Shown: positions 17,135 to 24,796, numbered from the stretch's first letter. The stretch is 32,000 nt of DNA from an uncultured Chloroflexia bacterium (GCA_963718915.1 CAVRAI010000009.1:90001-122000), one strand, 5' to 3'. Notes: a model not told the origin generated them from the sequence alone. Numbers and translations: made by a program.

Positions 17135-18049
17135 ATGGCCTGGCTTCCGTGGAGACGCAAGGAGAACAACGGACGCGCGCAAGTCACCCGGGACAGTGGC
17201 GGCAGCCGCTACGTCGAGGTGGGTGGGGGACGCCATCTGGCGGATGCGCCCTATGTGCTACCGCACGACGACCAGGAGATCAACCGCCTGGACTTCCAGC
17301 ACTATATGCTGCGCTATGCCTTGCGCGGCAACTTCGCGGCGCCTGTCGGCTCCCCCGCCAGCATTCTGGATGTTGGCAGCGGCACCGGGCGCTGGGCAAT
17401 GGAGATGGCCGCCTACTTCCCCGATACCAATGTCGTCGCGACTGATATCGTCACGCCGCAGACTGAGGCGAGCGTCTCGGGAGCCGGGCCGGAGCAGCGC
17501 CCGGAAAACTATACCTTTGTGCCGGGGAATGTGCTGGAAGGCCTCGCGTTCGCCGACGGCAGATTCGACATTGTGCATATGCGCCTGCTGATCTTCGCGA
17601 TTCCCGAGGTGGCGTGGCCAAAGGTTGTGAGCGAGCTGGTCCGCGTAACACGCCCCGGCGGCTGGATCGAGCTGGTGGAGACAGGGCCACAGCAGAGCGG
17701 CGGCCCCGCGATGGACATGATTGTGCAGTGGATCACCGAGGCGAGTATGCGACGCGGCGTCAATCCACTTATTGGGCCGCATGTGGCCGATTTTCTGGCG
17801 GGCGCGGGCGCGGCCAACGTGAGCAGGCGCGATATTTCACTTCCCGTCGGCGAGTACGGTGGGCGCATCGGCAAGATGGCGGAAACCGATATCTTCGGCG
17901 TGATGACTGGCGTCAAGCCGCTGGTGACCTCGCAAGGCATCGCCAGCGATGAGGCGTACACCGCCGCGCTGAATCAGGCGCGCGCCGACATCAACCGCTA
18001 CCACTGCACGCTGCCGTTCTATGTAGCGTTCGGCCAGCGCCCCCGATAG
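17135..18049 (+). CDS. class I SAM-dependent methyltransferase
   Basis: Motif I ILDVGSGTGRWAME. Two ATGs (17129 and 17135) follow GAAGGAGG; the second has better spacing. Confidence 0.8.
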   Translation: MAWLPWRRKENNGRAQVTRDSGGSRYVEVGGGRHLADAPYVLPHDDQEINRLDFQHYMLRYALRGNFAAPVGSPASILDVGSGTGRWAMEMAAYFPDTNVVATDIVTPQTEASVSGAGPEQRPENYTFVPGNVLEGLAFADGRFDIVHMRLLIFAIPEVAWPKVVSELVRVTRPGGWIELVETGPQQSGGPAMDMIVQWITEASMRRGVNPLIGPHVADFLAGAGAANVSRRDISLPVGEYGGRIGKMAETDIFGVMTGVKPLVTSQGIASDEAYTAALNQARADINRYHCTLPFYVAFGQRPR

Positions 18050-18145
18050 TACCACCGTCACGCGCTGCCAATGGGAAATATGCGCATGGGGTAATCTGAT
18101 GCTATCATCCAGGAATAAGCTGAGGGGCAAGGTGAGGATATGTAA

Positions 18146-18481
18146 GCCGATGCGCATCGCACCGCCGCTGAGGACATAGAAGCCACTATTGCTTCACTTG
18201 CTGCGTCTCCGCGCGCGTCGAGGTTAATCATCGAAGGCGCCTGGGGAGCGGCTTTCCACTGGATTGCGTTCGGATGCCATAGCAAGCATGGTAAACATCA
18301 AGAAAGTCATGCCCGACTGGGGACCTTTATGCGCTCGCTTGGAGAAACGTCCACAGCCGATAGTTGGGAGCGTCTCGATCAACTGCGCCAGGGCGGCTGG
18401 TACGGTAACAAAACCGATCCCGCCACGCAACAGGCCGTGCTAGATATTTTGCAGGAAATCCGTATATGGGCGACAAGCTAA
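18146..18481 (+). CDS. HEPN-like helical protein (tentative); open frame without a canonical start codon, possibly 5'-damaged
   Basis: Absent from the ORF track. The stop-to-stop frame 18146..18481 translates to ...AAEDIEATIASLAASPRASRLIIEGAWGAAFHWIAFGCHSKHGKHQESHARLGTFMRSLGE...WERLDQLRQGGWYGNKTDPATQQAVLDILQEIRIWATS*. The helical pattern and the H...L / R....Y positions resemble PF05168-type HEPN proteins (from memory). It overlaps the next gene by 16 nt. The first ATG/GTG/TTG in frame is only at 18329. Confidence 0.35.
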   Translation, partial: ADAHRTAAEDIEATIASLAASPRASRLIIEGAWGAAFHWIAFGCHSKHGKHQESHARLGTFMRSLGETSTADSWERLDQLRQGGWYGNKTDPATQQAVLDILQEIRIWATS

Positions 18482-18966
18482 ACACTTCCAATGAGCTGGA
18501 TGTGGCAATTATGCCGCCCTGGCTGGACTCAGCCACCGCGTCTCTGATAGAGGATATTGTTCGGACACTCGCCGCGCGGCGCGCTGATGTGCTGGCGATT
18601 ATCCTGTATGGTTCCATTGCGCGCCATGATGAACGTTCTCTTGATGATGTCCACCCGAGTGATGTTGACCTGCTTGCCATCTTCGAGACCGATGACGAAC
18701 ATTTCGCCTTGCGAGAGGGCAAGGCGCTATTCAGCATTCTTGGTGAAGCCTACAATCGCCACCTTGATATCCTGCGAGATGTGAAAGTGATGTTCGCGTC
18801 TCGCAACCTGGGCGAGTGGGACTCCACATTTGTTGCCAGTATTAATCGCGATGGCGTTTTGCTCTGGGCGCGTAGCGAACTCCCAGATGTTCTTTTATCC
18901 GTTGCGCGTCGTGGATTCGTGGCAACTGATCGGCCGATTACGAATAATGGGGCACGTGCCGACTGA
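18466..18966 (+). CDS. minimal nucleotidyltransferase (MNT/Pol-beta superfamily) domain protein
   Basis: 166 aa. LAIILYGSIARHDE...SDVDLLAIF matches the GS-x(n)-D.D NTase signature. G+C is visibly lower than in the neighbouring genes. Confidence 0.7.
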   Translation: MGDKLNTSNELDVAIMPPWLDSATASLIEDIVRTLAARRADVLAIILYGSIARHDERSLDDVHPSDVDLLAIFETDDEHFALREGKALFSILGEAYNRHLDILRDVKVMFASRNLGEWDSTFVASINRDGVLLWARSELPDVLLSVARRGFVATDRPITNNGARAD

Positions 18967-18987
18967 CAGGTACTATACCTTGTTCTC

Positions 18988-19605
18988 GTGCGATACAAAA
19001 ATAACCAAGGAATATCAAACGTGCGGAGAATCTGTGTCTTTGCTGGCTCGTCGTCAGGCGCGCAGCCAGTCTATAGCGAGGTGGCGCGGGCGCTCGGCTG
19101 CGAGTTGGCCCGCCGCGATCTGGGGCTGGTCTATGGCGGCGCGAGTCGCGGACTGATGGGCGTCGTCGCCGATGCGGCGCTGGCGGCGGGCGGCGAGGTG
19201 ATCGGCGTGCTGCCGCGCGGCCTGTTCGTGCGCGAGGTCGCGCACCAGGGGCTGAGCGAGATGCGCGAGGTGAGCAGCATGCATGAGCGCAAGGCGCTGA
19301 TGGCCGAACTCTCCGATGGCTTTGTCGCGCTGCCCGGCGGCTTCGGCACCTGCGACGAGTTATTCGAGGCCGTCACCTGGGCGCAGATTGGCATTCATCA
19401 GAAGCCGGTTGGGCTGCTCGATGTCCGCGACTACTTTGCCACACTGCTGGCGTTCGTCGCGCATGCCTCGGTTGAGGGCTTCATCCCAGCCACGCAGACT
19501 GACCTGCTGCTCCACGAGACCGACCCCGCCGCGTTGCTCGATGTCTTCACCCGCTACCAGTCGCCCGCTGAGAGCGTCGAGCCAGCGCCGCCCGTTCTCC
19601 CCTGA
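18988..19605 (+). CDS. LOG-family protein (TIGR00730; cytokinin riboside 5'-monophosphate phosphoribohydrolase-like)
   Basis: ICVFAGSSSG..., GLVYGGASRGLMG, and the PGGFGTCDELFE motif. Confidence 0.85.
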   Translation: MRYKNNQGISNVRRICVFAGSSSGAQPVYSEVARALGCELARRDLGLVYGGASRGLMGVVADAALAAGGEVIGVLPRGLFVREVAHQGLSEMREVSSMHERKALMAELSDGFVALPGGFGTCDELFEAVTWAQIGIHQKPVGLLDVRDYFATLLAFVAHASVEGFIPATQTDLLLHETDPAALLDVFTRYQSPAESVEPAPPVLP

Positions 19606-19614
19606 GGCGCGCGC

Positions 19615-20574
19615 TCAGTCCGTGGCGTCTATGGTGGTTGCCCCCGCATCGGCTGGCGTGCTGTCCGCTACGTCGTCCTTTGTGGCGTTCGCGGATTCCG
19701 CGGCCAACTCGCGCTCGATCTCGGCCCGCTCCCGTTGCCGCTGGACCTCTTCGATCCGGTTGATCCAGACGAAGAAGATGATGCTCATGAAGAGGATATC
19801 GAGGAGATTGCCCGGCAGCGCCAGCAATGCCCCTGCGATCTGCTGATCCACAATAGCCGATAGCTCGGTGACACGCGGTGCATGGGCATAGACCGAGTAG
19901 AGCACGCCCGGCGCGAAGATGATAGCGATGCCAAAGACATCAATCGGCAGGCTTTCCAGCGCGAGATAGGCCATCTGCAGCGGGCTGGACATCCGCCCGC
20001 GCCGGTCCGCGGGCGTCAGGAGCGGCCACCAGGTCAGCACGCCCGCCAGCAGATAGGTGAGATTGGCGACGTTATGCCAGAGGGTGTTTTGCGCCGCGAG
20101 GTCAAAGTAGCGCGGGATTTGCCAGAAGAGCACGATGGTGTTGAAGGCAAGAACCATGATGACGACGAAGAGCGGCGTGCCCGCAGCCTCGCGCCAGCTC
20201 CGCACCGGGAGGAGTCGCACCGCCAGTTCGTCGGGCAGCCCGATCATCAGCAGCGGCGCGACGAACGTCACGATAATCAGAATCTGCGCGACCCGCGCTG
20301 TCAGCAGATACTCGCGTCCCAGCGTATCGAGCGGCGAGAGTAGGGTCAGCGCCAGCAGCGCGACGCCGCCGAGATAGGCGACGATGCGCCCGCGCGGCAC
20401 GACGACGCCTGGCAGCAGCCGCTCGCGCATGGGGCCAAGGGCGAGCAGGTAGCCGCCGAGCAGGACGACGAGCAGCGCCAGCGACACCAGATCCGCATTC
20501 CACCACGTCAGCACTGCCGCTCCCACGCTATCGCCGCCTTTTCTCTGTACACGTTCTACGCCATCGTGAAGCAT
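19615..20574 (-). CDS. putative cytochrome c oxidase assembly factor CtaG-like (Caa3_CtaG family) membrane protein
   Basis: Track ORF 19615..20655. An N-terminus LTWWNADLVSLALLVVLLGGYLLALGP plus about 7 TM helices fits the family pattern from memory. The start is uncertain: ATG 20574, a downstream GTG, or 20655. Confidence 0.5.
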   Translation of the reverse strand: MLHDGVERVQRKGGDSVGAAVLTWWNADLVSLALLVVLLGGYLLALGPMRERLLPGVVVPRGRIVAYLGGVALLALTLLSPLDTLGREYLLTARVAQILIIVTFVAPLLMIGLPDELAVRLLPVRSWREAAGTPLFVVIMVLAFNTIVLFWQIPRYFDLAAQNTLWHNVANLTYLLAGVLTWWPLLTPADRRGRMSSPLQMAYLALESLPIDVFGIAIIFAPGVLYSVYAHAPRVTELSAIVDQQIAGALLALPGNLLDILFMSIIFFVWINRIEEVQRQRERAEIERELAAESANATKDDVADSTPADAGATTIDATD

Positions 20575-20719
20575 AGCACTGCGGCAAGACCGCAACAAAT
20601 CAAAGGAGAAATGCGCCACACGGAGCGCAACCTCAAATATGACAGAAGATGTCATGAATCGACTGTTATCCTGATGCTATGGCAGGCATGATCTATCGAC
20701 GAGTATGAAGGAGCGGGGC

Positions 20720-21562
20720 ATGAAGTACGGGTTCATCATTCCTGGCGGCGATATCCAGACGATTGCCGAGCTGGCGGCGGAGGGTGAGGCGGCTGGCTGG
20801 GATGGCGTTTTTTACTGGGACGGCATCTGCATCAAGGACGCGGGGCCAATGTACGATCCATGGGTGACGATGGCGGCGATGGCGCTACGCACGAAAAGTG
20901 TGCGGCTAGGCGCGATCATCTCGCCGCTTTCCCGCAGGCGTCCATGGAAGGTGGCGCGTGAGACCGTTTCGCTCGACCATCTCTCAAATGGACGACTGGT
21001 GCTGCCGGTGGGGCTGGGCGCGCTCGACGATGGCGGCTTCGGCAAGGTAGGCGAGCCAACCGACCGCAAGACGCGCGCGGAACTGCTAGACGAGAGCCTC
21101 GATATCCTCACCGGGCTATGGAGCGGCGAGCCGTTTCACTACGACGGCAAACACTATCATCTCGACGAGATGACGTTTCTGCCGAAGCCAGTGCAGTCGC
21201 CCCGCATCCCTATCTGGGTGGTGGGCATGTGGCCGAACGAGCGCTCGATGGCGCGGGCGCTGCGCTACGATGGCCTGCTGCCAAACGTCCGCACGCCTGA
21301 GGGTGAGATACGTGAGGTGGCGCCCGACGATATCCAGGCGATGGCGGCGTATGTCGCCGAGCGGCGCGCGCTGACGACGTCGTTCGATATCATCATGGAG
21401 GGCGAGACGCCGGGCGATGATCCCGCACGGGCAGCCGCAATCGTGCGCCCGTTCGCCGAGGCGGGCGCGACGTGGTGGAATGAGAGCCGCTGGGGCGCGA
21501 TGGATGACGTCGAGCTGGTGCGCGCGCGTCTTCGCCAGGGGCCACCGCGGGTTGATAGATGA
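20720..21562 (+). CDS. LLM-class (luciferase-like) flavin/F420-dependent oxidoreductase
   Basis: MKYGFIIPGG...AAEGEAAGWDGVFYWD...LSNGRLVLPVGLG... ATG 20720 follows AAGGAG. Confidence 0.8.
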   Translation: MKYGFIIPGGDIQTIAELAAEGEAAGWDGVFYWDGICIKDAGPMYDPWVTMAAMALRTKSVRLGAIISPLSRRRPWKVARETVSLDHLSNGRLVLPVGLGALDDGGFGKVGEPTDRKTRAELLDESLDILTGLWSGEPFHYDGKHYHLDEMTFLPKPVQSPRIPIWVVGMWPNERSMARALRYDGLLPNVRTPEGEIREVAPDDIQAMAAYVAERRALTTSFDIIMEGETPGDDPARAAAIVRPFAEAGATWWNESRWGAMDDVELVRARLRQGPPRVDR

Positions 21563-21609
21563 GGGGAAGAACGCGATCATGGAATTTTAGGGAGAGCAGT
21601 CCCGGCTTT

Positions 21610-21768
21610 ATGAACGTTGACTGATTCCTCCGAACACCGCGCGTGGTGGTGGGGTGAGCAGGCCGTAGTGTGAACGCTACAGCGAATTTCCCCACCCATT
21701 CGCCGGGGCATCCATGCTCCGGCACGTGCACTCTGGCACGCTGTTAGGAGGTGTTTCTTACAGTTCAT
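21610..21768 (+). repeat. dispersed ~160-bp structured non-coding repeat, copy B
   Basis: Collinear with 3585-3746. Terminal inverted repeats atgaac...cctcc / ggagg...gttcat, internal hairpin at 21663-21682, and TTA flanking both ends (21608-21610 and 21768-21770). Confidence 0.7.
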
Positions 21769-21869
21769 TATGGCCGAGAGTGGACCATACCCTTTACTGA
21801 TGTCGGCAGAGAGAACTAAAGTTGCCAGATGCACCACTCAGTTCTTGAAAAACGAGATCAGTGACAACT

Positions 21870-21890
21870 CCCCACGGCTAAAGCCGGGGG
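21870..21890. repeat. tnpB-element right-end subterminal hairpin (CCCC-A-CGGC taaa GCCG-GGGG) overlapping the tnpB stop
   Basis: Seen directly. It has the same bulged architecture as the hairpin at 23136-23156. Confidence 0.6.
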
Positions 21891-23057
21891 CTTCTCAGTT
21901 CACTCGGCAGCCCATCGGCTCCCGTCCCTGAAGGCGGTGTCCGCGCCTGTAAAATGTTCTTCGCGGCGTTTACGTCGCGGTCTTCGATCAGACCACAGGA
22001 AGGGCAAATATGCGTCCGTACCGAGAGGCTTTTCTGGACGTACTCACCACATCTGCTACATTTTTGCGTCGTGAAGCGCGCAGGCACTCGCACCACCACA
22101 TGACCGGCTCTTTCAGCCTTATCCGTGAGAATGTCGAGAAACGCGCTCCAACTCGCATCGTGAATGCTCTTGGCCAGGTGATGGTTCTTCACCATTCCGA
22201 TGATATGCAGGTCTTCTACGCAGATGCGCCCATACTGCTCTGCGTAGTGCCTAGCGGTCTTGAAATGGAAGTCACGGCGCTGGCGACTGATCTTCAGATG
22301 TTTGACGGCAACTTCCCTGTTCGCTTTGCGGCGGCGGTGACTGCCTTGCTTACGACGGCAAGCGGTACGTTGCGCATGGGCAAGGTGTTTCTGGCCCCGG
22401 CGATAGTGGCGGGGGTTCTCCACCATGCCACTTTCAGAGTCCGCCAGGAACACCTTCAAGCCCACGTCCAGCCCGATAGATGGATGGGTGCAGTCAATCC
22501 GCCCAGGATGTACGATGCCCTGTTCATCCTGTGGCAATGTCTCGCAGACAATCAGGGCGTACCAATGGTTATCTGCGCGCAAGACGAGATGTGCAGTGAC
22601 CGGTGTTCCCACCAGCGGGCGGTGCAACTTGATCTTGAGCAACCGCCCCAGCTTAGCAGGTACATGCAGGTGCGTGCAGGTGCGTGCCGTCGTCATCCAG
22701 CCAGACATCACGGCTCACCGCGTACTGACGCAATTGGATGCTGTGCCAGCGGTTAGGTGTCTTGAAGCGGGGAAATCCTACACCTTCGCCCAACTCCTTT
22801 TTCACCAGATAGCGTTTGAGCGCCTTGCTAAGCCGGTCGGCAAGCGTCTGCACCGTCGTGGCGGGTACACTCTCACCGCCCCGACTCTTGAAGCGTGCCG
22901 TCAGGTCATACTTCGAGGGGAATGTGCCGTCCGTCTCATACTGCGCTTTCAGCGCCGCCAGCATCTCGTTATAGATGGCCCGCGACTCTTTGAGGCAGAC
23001 CATGAGTTGCTGGCGCTGAGCACGGTTTGGATACAAGCGATACTCAAACGTTCTCAT
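21878..23057 (-). pseudogene. tnpB: TnpB (IS200/IS605-family, IS1341-like RNA-guided nuclease), frameshifted by a 10-bp tandem duplication
   Basis: ORFs 22653..23057 (N-terminus MRTFEYRLYPNRAQRQQL...) and 21878..22711 (C-terminus). RuvC motifs IGLDVGLK, ICVEDL and DRDVNAAKNI, plus Zn finger CSRCG...CPSCG. Removing one copy of gcaggtgcgt (22666-22685) joins ...DDDGTHLH to VPAKLGRLLKIKLHRPL in frame, giving 389 aa. Confidence 0.9.
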
Positions 23058-23135
23058 ATCCTAATTATATCCTATAGGACACGAGGGAATCAAGCGGTGG
23101 GTACTATTGTCGCCTGCGGGCGACCGGGCTTTCAC

Positions 23136-23156
23136 CCCCATGCCTGAAGGCAGGGG
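23136..23156. repeat. tnpB-element left-end subterminal hairpin (CCCC-A-TGCC tgaa GGCA-GGGG), nested in the outer pairing gggct/agccc (23126-23166)
   Basis: Seen directly, about 80 nt upstream of the tnpB start. It is on the same strand and has the same architecture as the right-end hairpin, as expected for IS200/IS605 LE/RE. Confidence 0.55.
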
Positions 23157-23277
23157 CACTCAGCCCGATTCTTAGGTAGTACGACAGCCGCGATCCGGGT
23201 CGGGTTGTGACCTGCAGTGGAGCGCCCGCAGTCGGCTCGTTGGTCGGGCGTGGCGCGCTTGTACTCGCTTATGTACC

Positions 23278-23307
23278 TTGACGGTTACGTAACTAATGTG
23301 GTACATT
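23278..23307 (+). promoter_or_regulatory. arsR promoter candidate (TTGACG-18 nt-TGgTACATT extended -10) with the 10-bp palindrome GTTACGTAAC in the spacer (possible operator)
   Basis: -35 at 23278-23283, palindrome at 23284-23293, TGG at 23299-23301, and -10 TACATT at 23302-23307. The ATG at 23314 lies 7 nt after the -10, which implies a leaderless mRNA. Confidence 0.35.
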
Positions 23308-23313
23308 GACGGC

Positions 23314-23640
23314 ATGGAAGCTGTTCTGCGGGCACTGGCGGACGAAAGTCGGCGCACAGTGCTGGAGACCTTGACCGGCGGTCCGGCAACCGCGGGTGAG
23401 CTGGCGGCGCTGCTGCCGATTGCTCGTCCGGGGGTATCGCGGCATCTGCGGGTGCTGCGGGAGGCGGGGTTGGTCGAGGTTCGCCAGGAGGCGCAGCGGC
23501 GGGTGTACAGTCTTCGCCCCGAGCCGCTCGCCGAGGTCGATGAATGGCTGGGCCGGTACCGGGCTTTGTGGCAGCAGCGACTGGATGCCCTGCACACCGA
23601 GGTGGACCGGGGGAAACGCGAACGAAGGAGTACTCGATGA
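23314..23640 (+). CDS. ArsR/SmtB-family metalloregulator-type transcriptional repressor
   Basis: MEAVLRALADESRRTVLETLTGGPATAGELAALLPIARPGVSRHLRVLREAGLV... (winged HTH). The track ORF starts at 23296, but that ATG lies inside the predicted -10 region. The stop overlaps the next start (ATGA). Confidence 0.85.
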   Translation: MEAVLRALADESRRTVLETLTGGPATAGELAALLPIARPGVSRHLRVLREAGLVEVRQEAQRRVYSLRPEPLAEVDEWLGRYRALWQQRLDALHTEVDRGKRERRSTR

Positions 23641-24155
23641 CCAGCAATGCAGATGCGGGCAACCGCATCCTGGGCAGCCTGCGATCAGCAGATGGCAAGG
23701 GCGTCGTGCGCATGGAGGATCGTTTCGACACCGATATCGACGACCTGTGGTCGGCGCTCACCGATCCCCGCCGTCTGGCCCGCTGGCTCGGCGAGTTCGA
23801 AGGCGACCTGCGCCTCGGCGGTGTGTACCGGTTTCGCTTCTTTGCCAGCGGATCGGAAGGCACTGGGCGGGTGGAAATGTGCGAGCCCCCGCAGCGGCTG
23901 CTGCTAACCCATGGCCTGGACCAGCCGGACGTGAAAGTCATCGAGGTCACGCTGACCGCTGACGGTGACCAGACCATCCTGGTCGCCGAGGAACGGGGCA
24001 TGCCCCTGAACCTGCTCGCCGCCTACGGCGCGGGGATCCAGATCCATGTTGAGGATCTCGCCGCCTACCTTGCGGGACATGAGCGCTGCGACGCCGACGC
24101 GCGGTGGGACGAGCTCCAGCCTGCCTATGAAGCCTTGGCGGCCAACGTCGACTAG
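23637..24155 (+). CDS. SRPBCC/AHSA1-domain protein (Aha1-like START fold)
   Basis: Track ORF 23544..24155. ATG 23637 is translationally coupled to arsR. Sequence ...DDLWSALTDPRRLARWLGEFEGDLRLGGVYRFRF...PPQRLLLTHG... arsR-SRPBCC is a common pair. Confidence 0.85.
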   Translation: MTSNADAGNRILGSLRSADGKGVVRMEDRFDTDIDDLWSALTDPRRLARWLGEFEGDLRLGGVYRFRFFASGSEGTGRVEMCEPPQRLLLTHGLDQPDVKVIEVTLTADGDQTILVAEERGMPLNLLAAYGAGIQIHVEDLAAYLAGHERCDADARWDELQPAYEALAANVD

Positions 24156-24633
24156 GCAGTGGCCGCTGCTGGATGAGCCGCCTCGACCTAGCCGCCTCGT
24201 CGCGCTGTGCCGCGCGTTCGAGCGGCTGCTGCCGACTCCAGCCCAGGCGGCGCAAAAGGCGACTGACATGGTCAGGATGGTAGCGCACGCCGAAAAGACG
24301 CCAGATGACCTCAGATGACGCCAGATGACCTCAGCCACCCGTGTGGCGGTTCACACGTCCCCGCGGAAACCGTGCGCTTCGGCTCCACTGACGAGCAAGC
24401 CGGGGACTTGTGCCCGCTGGTCCGCGCGCAACCGTGGCCGCGCGCCTGGTGGCGGCCTTTGGCTCAGCGCCTCCGTCCCACTGCCCTCACGCGCTCGCTT
24501 CATCCACTGACTGACCGCCCCTTCACTTACTCCCAACGCGGCAGCGATATCCTTCTGGCCACCCCTCATGCCTCAACACCCAGGCGCGTTTGCGTCGCTC
24601 CTCGCGCCAGTCGGCCTTCTTCGGCGCTCCCAT
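24156..24633 (-). pseudogene. IS630-family transposase, N-terminal (HTH/winged-helix) remnant with three lesions; DDE domain missing
   Basis: Own translation from ATG 24633: MGAPKKADWREERRKRAWVLRHEGW / QKDIAAALGVSEGAVSQWMKRAREG...GFRGDV* / TATRVAEVIWR[20-bp dup]LFGVRYHPDHVSRLLRRLGWSRQQPLERAAQRDEAA... This matches the track ORFs 24351..24569 and 23947..24288. The sequence stops resembling a transposase at the SRPBCC stop. Confidence 0.7.
24298..24334. repeat. 20-bp-period tandem duplication (acgccagatgacctcagatg + acgccagatgacctcag) inside the IS630 remnant
   Basis: Read directly. Removing one unit restores the transposase reading frame. Confidence 0.85.
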
Positions 24634-24689
24634 GCCGCAAGTCTGTCACCGCTTTAGTTCTCTCCGCCGACCTCAGTAGGTGTTCTTTA

Positions 24690-24711
24690 GTGTGACCGAG
24701 GTGTGACCGAG
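24690..24711. repeat. perfect 11-bp tandem duplication (gtgtgaccgag x2), 12 nt outside the IS630 repeat
   Basis: Read directly. Confidence 0.85.
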
Positions 24712-24787
24712 GTCGCGTGTTCGTTCGTCTCTGTGCTTGAGGGTGTCTCAGACGCGCGAGCGGGCATTGCGCCCGCATTGCCGGGAG

Positions 24788-24796
24788 TGGTATACT
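24788..24796 (+). promoter_or_regulatory. extended -10 promoter candidate for rpsB (TGgTATACT)
   Basis: TGG at 24788-24790 and TATACT at 24791-24796, about 155 nt upstream of rpsB. The same TGGTAYAYT-like element occurs upstream of tsf and arsR. Confidence 0.35.

Larger units (their letters stand above)
21797..24676 (-). mobile_element. 2,880-bp mosaic bounded by IS630-type 25-bp terminal inverted repeats with TA flanks; contains a tnpB pseudogene, arsR-SRPBCC and a truncated IS630 transposase
   Basis: 21797-21821 (ctgatgtcggcagagagaactaaag) matches the reverse complement of 24652-24676 (ctgaggtcggcggagagaactaaag) at 23 of 25 positions. TA lies immediately outside both ends (21795-96 and 24677-78). 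The IS630-like transposase N-terminus starts 19 nt inside the right repeat. Confidence 0.55.

Noticed and set aside
22653-22711. Programmed frameshifting or two separate genes at the tnpB ORF overlap
   Set aside because: The overlap coincides exactly with a perfect 10-bp tandem duplication whose removal restores one continuous TnpB. A mutational frameshift is the simplest reading.
23172-24338. Minus-strand ORFs 23172..23597, 23285..24001, 23293..23595 and 23904..24338 across arsR-SRPBCC
   Set aside because: These are Pro/Arg/Ser-rich translations of very high-GC antisense DNA. The + strand gives a clean ArsR HTH and an SRPBCC domain with ATGA coupling.
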